Shown piece after piece: positions 36,358-45,600 of a stretch of DNA of 57,526 bases. Position 1 is the stretch's first letter. Every line of letters starts with the position of its first letter. The stretch is from an uncultured Candidatus Saccharibacteria bacterium. GTDB lineage: Bacteria > Patescibacteriota > Minisyncoccia > Phycocordibacterales > GWA1-40-21. The stretch is taken from the NCBI GenBank assembly GCA_964513515.1, contig CAZEMP010000002.1:1-57526 (forward strand). Reading direction: 5' to 3'. Position numbers and translations under genes: made by a program. The notes under the pieces are model-generated. The model saw nothing but the letters and a program-made list of their open reading frames with translations, searched no databases and was not told the origin of the DNA.

Positions 36358-38124
36358 TTATTCTGTAACGACTCTCAAGACCTCCTCAATCGTTGTCATT
36401 CCAGTAACACATTTGTATATTCCGTCTTCTAGCATAGTAAGCATACCTTCTTTTTTTGCTTGCTTTTCTATTTCTTCTGAAGTTGCTCCTGCCATTACAA
36501 GATCTTTTATTGGTCCTGTCATTTTTAGAATCTCGTGAATACCAATTCTACCTGCATAACCATCTTTTGAATCAATAGTTGCTTTTGGTCTGTAAAAATA
36601 GATATTTTCCCACTTATCATTTTCCCCCACAATATTTTCTGACTTTAAAGTTTCCAAAACCTTATCTAAATCTACTATCTTTGCCAAAGATTCAAGATCA
36701 GCTTTTGGTAGAAGATATTTTTCTTTTTCTCTTGTTAGTTTTCTAACAAGTCTCTGTGCCAAAATAATATTAATAGTGGATACAAGTAAAAATTTCTCTA
36801 TCTTCATATCCATCAATCTTGGTATGGCACCGGCGGAAGAATTTGTATGTAGAGTTGAAAGTACAACATGGCCAGTTAGAGCCGCGTTTACTGCAAGCGC
36901 TGCGGTTTCATTATCTCTAATTTCTCCAACCATTATGATATCTGGATCCTGTCTTACTAAAGACCTAAGACCGTTCGCAAAAGTAAAACCTATTTCTGGT
37001 TTTACTTGAGTTTGGTTTATTCCTGATATTTGATATTCGATAGGGTCTTCAATGGTAGAGATATTTACGTCATGTGAATTCAACATTTCTAATATTGTAT
37101 AAAGTGTGGTTGTTTTTCCGCTACCGGTAGGGCCAGTTGTTAAAATCATACCATTTGCCTTTCTCATTGCCTCATGTACTCTCTCCAAGTTTATTCCGTG
37201 AAAACCCATAGATTCTAGAGTGTAAGATCCAACATTTTCTCTTAGTAATCTCATAACTGTCTTCTCACCATAATATGTGGGAATTATAGATACTCTAAAA
37301 GAGACTTTTTCACCCTCAATATCTATTTTGAATCTGCCGTCTTGTGGTAATCTTTTTTCATCAAGTTTTAAATTAGAAAGGACTTTTATTCTTGCTGTAA
37401 TGCTTGTCGCAGCAATTTTAGGAAGAACCATAGCATCATGCAGAATACCGTCGATCCTATATCTTATAAGAACACTGTCTTCCATACTTTCAACATGTAT
37501 ATCAGAAGCATTTTGTAATGCTGCGTGTTTAAGGAGTGTTTCAACAATACGAACAACCGGTAAATCCTCTGCGATCTTTTTCAACAAAATTTCATTACTT
37601 TCAACTTTTGTCCCAGCTTCTAGATTTCCAGAATCCTTAAGAGCTTGAATATCTTTTTGTATCAAATCTCCAAATTCTGCTTTTAAGCTTTTTTGATACT
37701 GTAGAATTCCACTTTTTATGGAAACTGAATCGGTAAGTCTTGGTAAAATTTTTAGTCCAACTTTCTTTTTTATAAACTCTATTGCTGAAAGATTTTGAAT
37801 ATCAAGCATTGCAACTTCCAATGAGTCTTCATTTGCGGCATATGCTACCATATTGTTTTTACGTGCAAGCGGTTCTGGTATCAAGGAAAGTACAGATAAA
37901 TCTATTTTTTGATTTCTTAAATCAACGAAAGGTATGCCGAGAACATATGCTTGCGCCCTACGCAAATCATCTTCAGAAATTTTTCCCTGGCTAACCAAAA
38001 CATTCTCAGGAGTATCTTTAAGCTTGCCTTCTTTTACAAGATTTTCTATATCAGCATATTCAGTCTTTGTAACAAGACCTGTATCTATCAAAAAATCTTT
38101 TAATTGTTTGCTTTCTAATATCAT
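36358..38124 (-). CDS. pilB: type IV pilus assembly ATPase (GspE/PilB family)
   Basis: Walker A TGPTGSGKTTTLY, Asp box, Walker B IIMVGEIRD and His box TGHVVLSTLHTN. The start is set at Met25, because the listed 5' extension overlaps the upstream terminator. Confidence 0.92.
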   Translation of the reverse strand: MILESKQLKDFLIDTGLVTKTEYADIENLVKEGKLKDTPENVLVSQGKISEDDLRRAQAYVLGIPFVDLRNQKIDLSVLSLIPEPLARKNNMVAYAANEDSLEVAMLDIQNLSAIEFIKKKVGLKILPRLTDSVSIKSGILQYQKSLKAEFGDLIQKDIQALKDSGNLEAGTKVESNEILLKKIAEDLPVVRIVETLLKHAALQNASDIHVESMEDSVLIRYRIDGILHDAMVLPKIAATSITARIKVLSNLKLDEKRLPQDGRFKIDIEGEKVSFRVSIIPTYYGEKTVMRLLRENVGSYTLESMGFHGINLERVHEAMRKANGMILTTGPTGSGKTTTLYTILEMLNSHDVNISTIEDPIEYQISGINQTQVKPEIGFTFANGLRSLVRQDPDIIMVGEIRDNETAALAVNAALTGHVVLSTLHTNSSAGAIPRLMDMKIEKFLLVSTINIILAQRLVRKLTREKEKYLLPKADLESLAKIVDLDKVLETLKSENIVGENDKWENIYFYRPKATIDSKDGYAGRIGIHEILKMTGPIKDLVMAGATSEEIEKQAKKEGMLTMLEDGIYKCVTGMTTIEEVLRVVTE

Positions 38125-38160
38125 TACTAAGATAATTATACCTTTTCCAGTAAGAAAAAC

Positions 38161-38195
38161 AAAAGAAAAATGTCGGGTGCCTAAGTTGCCCGACA
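38161..38195 (-). terminator. intrinsic terminator of the NHL-repeat gene 38255..42553
   Basis: TGTCGGG / 11-nt loop / CCCGACA followed by TTTTTCTTTT on the minus strand. Confidence 0.65.
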
Positions 38196-38219
38196 CGTTT
38201 CTTTTGTTATTTGTATTTT

Positions 38220-38247
38220 CTTATACTTTATACTAAATACTTATACT
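38220..38247 (-). repeat. copy 3 of the CTTATACTTATACT-type motif, between the stop codon and the terminator
   Basis: CTTATACTTTATACTAAATACTTATACT. Confidence 0.75.
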
Positions 38248-38254
38248 TTTTATA

Positions 38255-41200
38255 TTATATTTCTCCTCCCGTCCCAGGATCAAGTTTTACTATAGTTGTA
38301 GTTGAACAACTTGAAGTAAATGTTTCTCCAGATAATAATGTTCCGCTAGTTTCAGCATTAATAGTTTTGGGACCGATTGTTGTGTAAATCTTATTGTATT
38401 CAAGTCCAGAAAGAGTTATTCCGCCAGTTGGTATATTTGTACCCGTCCATTTTGTAATAAGACTTGGAATTTCCACATCAGTAGTACTTAAAGTTGCTCT
38501 TAATGTTGTGGTTCTATTTACATATATATTGGTATCACCGGATGCGTTTCCTGCTTGTAATAAAGTACAAGTTGCATTTGATACTACCTCCGGTGTGGTA
38601 CAAAGACTTGCAATAGCAGATAAGGTATTTGATGGAATAGAGTCTCCTAAAATAGCATTATTGGCTATAACATAATAACTGTGAGGATTTGTATCTCCAA
38701 CTGGCAACACATCGATATATGGAGAAAATGAAACGTCTGGATTTATTTTTACTCCATCCTTGTAGATCTTAAAAGTGGATTCGGGTGAATCCCAACTTAA
38801 GCCTATCTGACCACACGTACTCGAGTTTACCGCAAAATTTGTTGGTGGAGATACTGTTGTCGGTCCAACGGTCACTGTTACAGACTTGCTTGCAGAATAG
38901 GTACCCTTAACACATGTAGCAGTAAAGGTTGTGTCAGTTGTTAAGGGTCCAGAAGATTTAGTGCCCGATAAATTATTATCAGGGGATGAAAACTTTTTAA
39001 TAATATGACTGCTCATATCTACAACATATACATCTCCAGAAGAATCAATGCTTAAGTCTGTAGGACCTAAAAACTGGTAATTTGCAGAACCGTAAGAACC
39101 GAATTTTGAAACATATCCACCAGATGAGTTGAATTTTTGAATATTAAAATTACTAGCATCTAAAACATAGATATTACCTGAAGAATCAAGGGATATTCCG
39201 TAAGGGTACTGAAACTGGCCATTACCAGAACCAACTGAACCAAATTTTGAAAGATATACACCATTGGAATTAAATTTTTGAATACGATAATTATAAGTGT
39301 CCACAACATATATATTATCTGAGGAATCAAGAGCTACTCCATTTGGCTGCAAAAACTGTCCGTTGCCACTTCCGTTATAACCTAAACCTGCGGTGTGTAT
39401 CCCGATAGATGAACCATCATAACCTAACCACCATAAAAAATTACCAAAAGGGTCAAATTTTTGAATACGGTGATTATATACATCGGCAATATATACATTA
39501 TTTGATGAGTCAGTAGCTATTCCCCTAGGACCACTGAATTGCCCTTGGCCAGAACCCCCAGAACCAAATTGTGAAATATATACACCAGATGAGGTAAATT
39601 TTTGGATACGATTATTGCCAGTATCCACAACATAGATATTATTTGAGGAATCAGTAGTTATTCCGGAAGGATAGGAAAACTGACTATTATCAGAACCAGA
39701 AGAACCGAACCTGGATAGATATGTGCCAAAAGAAGTAAATTTTTGTACGTGATTATTAACATTTTCTGTAATATATATATTTCCTGAGGAATCAAGAGTT
39801 ATATTATTTGGTGAAAAAGCGCTAGTGCCATATGATCCAAATTTAGAATCATATGCGCCAGCTGAAGTAAATTTTTGAATACGATTATTGCCAGTATCTA
39901 CAATGTATAAATTACCTGAGGAATCAAGAGTTATTCCCCGGGGATCAAGTAATTGTCCGTCACCAGTTCCAAATGAACCAAACTGGGAAATATATGTGCC
40001 AGCTGAAGTAAATTTTTGAATACGGTGATTACCTTGATCAACAACATATATATTATTTGAAGAATCAAAAGCTATTCCTTTAGGATTGCTAAATTGGCCT
40101 TCGCCAGAACCACCAGAACCAAATTGTGAAATATATATACCAGATGAGGTAAATTTTTTAATACGACCGTAATTATAAGAGCCTTCTACAATATATAAAT
40201 TATTGGATGAATCAATTGCTATTCCCCAAGGATTACTAAGAAATTGTGAGTCGTCACCACCATATGAACCGAATTGGGAAAGATAGGTACCTGAAGTATC
40301 AAATTTTTGAATACGAAAATTATTGATATCTACAACATATATATTATTTAAAGAATCAGTAGCTATTCCGCTAGGATACTGAAACTGACCATTACTAGAA
40401 CCAAATGAACCAAACTGGGAAATATATGTGCCAGCTGAAGTAAATTTTTGAATACGGTGATTACCTTGATCAACAACATATATATTATTTGAAGAATCAA
40501 AAGCTATTCCTAATACCCCATTAAATTGTCCATTGTCTGTTCCATAAGAGCCAAACTGGGAAATATACGTGCCATCTGATGTAAATTTTTGAATACGATT
40601 ATTGCCAGTATCTGCAATGTATAAATTACCTGCGGAATCACGGACTATTCCGGAAGGAGAGCTAAATTTAATACCAGCAAAACCATCAGAACTAAACTGG
40701 GAAACATATTGGTATGACCCGGTACTTGTAATCCAGTTGCTATCATTCTTTGTCACATCACATGAATCTGCATTAGTTGAATTCCAAGAAATATCTACAG
40801 AACCTTCAGGTGTGGTGGAAGTAGCACTTGCATCTATACTGACGTTTATAATGGGGATGACTGATATTGTTAGGTCCTTAGTTATTTCGCCCCCATCACC
40901 CTTACAATAAAGCTGAAAATATTCATCTTCTGTTATAGGTCCTGAGTCGGTAGTTATAGTACTAGGACTACCCCACGATATAACTCTGCCATTACCAGTC
41001 AAAGTACAAGAAGTGCTGTTAGTTATACTTGCAGAAATAGTTGCGGAGTTATTATAATCAACTGGATTAGGAGTAGCATAAAAAGAAGTAATAGCAGGAG
41101 CGGGTATTGGAGGTGTATACGTACAATATTGATTTGCCCCTATAATATCTGTACTAGTAATGGTACAACCAGACGGTAAATATACCGGAGTATAACAATA

Positions 41201-42553
41201 TAATACACCGTTTACATCACATGGGGCAAAATTATTATTCCAGCAATAAGCATAAGTGCACGGATATGCCTCTACTTTACTCAAAGGTAAAAAATAAAAT
41301 AAACTACTCGATATTATTATCACACCAAATATCATTATTAAATATTTTTTTCTGTAAACCAAAGCACCCAAACCCATAACCACAAGAACAAGTGCTATAA
41401 TTTTTAGAAACATTGCAATTGTTGAAAATGTTGGTGTTGTTGTACTTACAACGGTCATGACTTCATAATTTTGTGTATCAAGAATGGTGCCATTTGATGA
41501 AAGTATTATATTAGCTTTTGGATTAGTACAGTCTTTAGTGATTGGTATTTTTAGATTAATTATTGAAAAGTTAGATATATCTTTTGTTGTGGTTTCCGAA
41601 CATAGACCTGTATCGTCAGTGATGCTCGCTGTAATTGTACTTGTACTTACTCCTGTCTGCGTTGAGAATACTTGAAGATTTGCTGTGTCTCCTCTCCTAT
41701 AATATGTTTTGTCAAAAACTACGTTTTTTATTTCACCCGCTATGCCCGATAGAATGTAATTGATTGAGATAGTGTTAGATGTAGTTTTTGAATCTGGGGT
41801 TTTTAGGAAAAAAGAAATATTGTAACTCTGTGGATTTGATGCTTTTGGTAAGATTATGTTTATATCACTAATCCCCTTCTTGATTATGATGTTTTCTCTA
41901 GAACCTCCTGTATCAGAAACTGTCTCTCCAAATATTGTGTGACTTCTAGTTATAAAGTTTGGTGTAAAAATTGTGTTTGTAGATAAATTGCTTTGTACCA
42001 AACATTTTATGGTGACTACATCTGTAGAGTTTATAAGAACCACTTGGCTCAATAAATATTGTTCCTTCGCTGTATTTTTAACGAGATAACAAGAGTCGGG
42101 AATAATTTGAATTATATTTGGTAGATTATTCGTAATTTTTACCTCGCCAACCAGAGCTGTGCCCAGAGATAATCCATTCTCATTTTTACTATCAATCCAC
42201 ATTCTGTATGTACCTACAGATATTGAAGATGGAATACTATAATCAATAACCTTTGTTATCTTAGTGTTTTCTGCTAAGGAGATGGTTTCTTCATATACCT
42301 TTTCATCGAAAATCACTTGGTTTGTTGAAGATGACGTCAATCGCACAGAATATTTTATCTGTGGTTGGGCTCCTACCCTATTTGATATATCAAAAGATAT
42401 TTTATAGTCTCTATCATTACTTAAGACTATTTTTGCATTACTTATATTTACTGTGGCTACGACTGTGCCTTGGGAGTTTTGGGCGAAGGCATTGTGAGAG
42501 AAAAGTGTAGTGAGAAGAAATATAGAAAACATTGATCTCAATATTATTTTCAT
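38255..42553 (-). CDS. giant surface protein: signal peptide, conserved N-module, TM hairpin, Ig/PKD-like domains, 12 NHL repeats, C-terminal PKD-like domain
   Basis: 1432 aa with twelve ..GxxNxRIQKFxSxGxYxSxFGSxGxxxGQFxxPxGIAxDSSxNIYVxD.. units, i.e. two six-bladed NHL propellers. The N-terminal ~370 aa are nearly identical to the adjacent paralog. Confidence 0.85.
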   Translation of the reverse strand: MKIILRSMFSIFLLTTLFSHNAFAQNSQGTVVATVNISNAKIVLSNDRDYKISFDISNRVGAQPQIKYSVRLTSSSTNQVIFDEKVYEETISLAENTKITKVIDYSIPSSISVGTYRMWIDSKNENGLSLGTALVGEVKITNNLPNIIQIIPDSCYLVKNTAKEQYLLSQVVLINSTDVVTIKCLVQSNLSTNTIFTPNFITRSHTIFGETVSDTGGSRENIIIKKGISDINIILPKASNPQSYNISFFLKTPDSKTTSNTISINYILSGIAGEIKNVVFDKTYYRRGDTANLQVFSTQTGVSTSTITASITDDTGLCSETTTKDISNFSIINLKIPITKDCTNPKANIILSSNGTILDTQNYEVMTVVSTTTPTFSTIAMFLKIIALVLVVMGLGALVYRKKYLIMIFGVIIISSSLFYFLPLSKVEAYPCTYAYCWNNNFAPCDVNGVLYCYTPVYLPSGCTITSTDIIGANQYCTYTPPIPAPAITSFYATPNPVDYNNSATISASITNSTSCTLTGNGRVISWGSPSTITTDSGPITEDEYFQLYCKGDGGEITKDLTISVIPIINVSIDASATSTTPEGSVDISWNSTNADSCDVTKNDSNWITSTGSYQYVSQFSSDGFAGIKFSSPSGIVRDSAGNLYIADTGNNRIQKFTSDGTYISQFGSYGTDNGQFNGVLGIAFDSSNNIYVVDQGNHRIQKFTSAGTYISQFGSFGSSNGQFQYPSGIATDSLNNIYVVDINNFRIQKFDTSGTYLSQFGSYGGDDSQFLSNPWGIAIDSSNNLYIVEGSYNYGRIKKFTSSGIYISQFGSGGSGEGQFSNPKGIAFDSSNNIYVVDQGNHRIQKFTSAGTYISQFGSFGTGDGQLLDPRGITLDSSGNLYIVDTGNNRIQKFTSAGAYDSKFGSYGTSAFSPNNITLDSSGNIYITENVNNHVQKFTSFGTYLSRFGSSGSDNSQFSYPSGITTDSSNNIYVVDTGNNRIQKFTSSGVYISQFGSGGSGQGQFSGPRGIATDSSNNVYIADVYNHRIQKFDPFGNFLWWLGYDGSSIGIHTAGLGYNGSGNGQFLQPNGVALDSSDNIYVVDTYNYRIQKFNSNGVYLSKFGSVGSGNGQFQYPYGISLDSSGNIYVLDASNFNIQKFNSSGGYVSKFGSYGSANYQFLGPTDLSIDSSGDVYVVDMSSHIIKKFSSPDNNLSGTKSSGPLTTDTTFTATCVKGTYSASKSVTVTVGPTTVSPPTNFAVNSSTCGQIGLSWDSPESTFKIYKDGVKINPDVSFSPYIDVLPVGDTNPHSYYVIANNAILGDSIPSNTLSAIASLCTTPEVVSNATCTLLQAGNASGDTNIYVNRTTTLRATLSTTDVEIPSLITKWTGTNIPTGGITLSGLEYNKIYTTIGPKTINAETSGTLLSGETFTSSCSTTTIVKLDPGTGGEI

Positions 42554-42584
42554 AAGATGATTTTATCATAAAATAATAATATAT

Positions 42585-42611
42585 AGAACGGCGCGCGAAG
42601 CGCGCCGTTCT
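42585..42611 (-). terminator. GC-clamp hairpin terminator between the two NHL genes
   Basis: AGAACGGCGCG-cgaag-CGCGCCGTTCT. Confidence 0.7.
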
Positions 42612-42654
42612 ACTATCCTTATTTTTATATTTTGCTCTTTGATTTTTAATCTTC

Positions 42655-45600
42655 CTAGATTTCCCCGCTCGTTCCTGTATCTAATCTTACTGTTGTGGTT
42701 GCAGAACAATCTGAACTAAATAGGGTTCCGTCTGGACGAATAACTGTTGTGAAAGCATTTATCATTTTTTGTCCTACTGTTGTGTATATTTTATTTAATG
42801 TGTCACCAGAAGTTCTATTCTTTAATAGATTTGTACCTATCCATAATGTACTTTGAGGATCGCCGGCGGTATTAGTAATTTTCCATATAGTATTTCTATT
42901 TAAATAGATATTATTATCTCCAGGCTCGTTACCCGTCTGTGTAACTGTACATATAGATGCTGGTTCTGGTTGTACAGGACAAATCCTTGTAGTAATTGGT
43001 GACTCTCCAAGCGTACAGCCAAGAGGGCTTGCTTCTATAACGTTTCTGGTCTGTGTGCTTCCTACCGAACAAGCAGATGGAAACCAATCATCATATAAAA
43101 ATGCAATGCATGCGACTTCACCTGGGATACAATTTTGGGTCAAAGATAATGTTTCGGAAGGTTCACCAGAACAACCTTGTGGAAGGTTACCCACAAGAGT
43201 TCTTGTCCTAAAACCTTCAGCTGGACACACAGATGGTAGCCAGTCTGAATAGTCATATCCTACACACTGACAAGATGAACCCCCGCAAGATCTATGCACA
43301 ATAGGCGTTGTAACAACCGTTGGGGTTTCATTATAAACATTAATAATAACTAACTCTGATCTAGAATTTTCAGTATTCATACATGTCGCTGTAAAAGTTG
43401 ATGCTTCATTTAGATTTCCAGTATTTATATTAGTACCTGACGTTGCCGTTGAAAGTATTCGATTAACATCACCTAAGTTTTCCACTATTTCGCAGGAATC
43501 TGCTCCAGTTGAAGTCCAAGAGAGAGTTGTAGAGTTACCAGACAAAATAGATGATGACGCTGCTGTAAATTGTATATTTATTGGAAAAGCTGCTAGGTCC
43601 ACCAAAACTGAGTCTGTCTTTGAATTTGTATTATACATACATGTTGCAGCAAAAGTAGTTGGTGATGTTATTGGACCAGATGATCTAGAGCCAGATAAAC
43701 TACTTACTGTCATTGATTGTGAAAATTTTTGAATTCTATCATTCCCGCTGTCAACCACATATATACTATTTGAAGAATCAACAATCGCTGCTATTGGTGC
43801 TTTAAACTGGCCGTCACCACTTCCGTATGAACCAAACTGAGATACATAAACGCCTGAAGAAGTAAATTTTTGAACTCGATTATTTATTTCTCCACTTCCG
43901 CTCTCTACTACATATAAATTATCATAAGCGTCGGTAGTTATTGATGCTGGAACATAAAATTGTCCGTTACCGTCTCCATAAGAACCAGATTTGGAGATAA
44001 ACGTACCGGAAGAAGTAAATTTTTGAACCCAGTTGGAATAATCTAAAACATATACCTTACCTGTTGAATCAGTCGTCATTGATATTACATAATAAAACTT
44101 TCCATCACCTGATCCTAAAGAGCCAAATTTTGAAATAAATCTTCCTGAAGAATCAAACTTTTGAATACTCGCTGATTCATTTTTAATATCATAGTTACCA
44201 TTATAATCATAGCCGTTGTAACGATATGCTACATATATATTATCTGAAGAATCTATAGTTATTGCGGTTGGAAATGGTCGGCCTACGCCATTGCCAATAC
44301 TATAAAATTTGGAAATAAATCTTCCTGAAGAATCAAACTTTTGAACCCTACCATCAGTTGAATCTAAAATATATATATTATCTGAAGAGTCTATCGCCAT
44401 ACCAATCATACTCATAAAATAACCGTCGATATCACTACCGTACTCACCAAATTGAGATATGAACGCACCAGATGAATCAAATTTTTTAATTTTAACATTC
44501 TTGGTATCTAAAACGTATATATTACCAAGTGAATCACGAGCAATTCCCTTATCGCCACCATGAAATCCGTAAACATCAAGGAATGTATTGAATTGAGAAA
44601 AATATTCATAACCAGATGCGCTTGTAACTAAGGGGGAACCGTTCTTTGTTATCAAACAAGAGTTAGCGCCAGCCGAGCTCCAAGAAACCGTAGTTGAACT
44701 ACCTGTCAGAACCACAGTAGAACTAGCGTCTATATTAACCATTAAAGGAGATGAACAATGTTGACTCAAAACTGGTGAACCGCCAGAACAATTGTTTGGT
44801 AGTGCAGCTGTAATGCTTCTGGTTTGTTGATTGTTTGAACAAACCCCCCAATCAGAGTACGTAAAGGATGTACAAGTTTGAGGAATAACTGATACCACAA
44901 CCTGATTCGTTGCTGTGCCGTCATCTCCGGTGCAGGACATAGAAAATGTCGTGTCAGATGTCAGTGGTCCAGATGATACTGAGCCCGATATATTTTGAGA
45001 AAATTTTTGAACACGAAAATTATTTTTATCTAAAATATACACATTATCAAAAAAATCTATAGATATGGGCAGTTCCGATCCAAAGGAAATACTATTGCCA
45101 GAAAAAAATTTGGAAATATATTCACCAGAAGAAGTAAATTTTTGAACATTATTAACACCTGAAACATAAACGTTATCCAAAGAATCGATACCTATTCCTA
45201 TCGGATAATAAAACTGGCCATCACCAGTACCATATGAACCAAATTGTAAAATATAGTTACCAGTAGAATCAAATTTTTGAATACGATGGTTAAGTCTGTC
45301 GGCAACATATATATTGTCTGAAGAATCAACGGCTATTGCAAAAGGGCTGCTGAATTGTGCAATACCAGAGCCAGAGGAGCCAAATTGGGAAACATATTGT
45401 CCGGATGAACTAAATTTTAGTATACGATTATTATCAGTGTCTGCAATATATATATTTCCAAAAGAATCAATGCCTATATCTCTAGGTGAGCTAAATTGAC
45501 CGTTGCCAGAGCCAGAGGAGCCAAATTGGGAAACATATTGTCCGGATGAACTAAATTTTAGTATACGATTATTACCTGTGTCTACAACATATATGTTATC

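Noticed and set aside
38124-38196. N-terminal extensions of listed ORFs (pilB to 38196, tig from 49785, AI-2E to 31878, HIT from 19589, island gene B to 56523)
   Set aside because: The extensions overlap upstream terminators, promoters or neighbouring genes. Internal Met codons give N-termini matching the homologous families.
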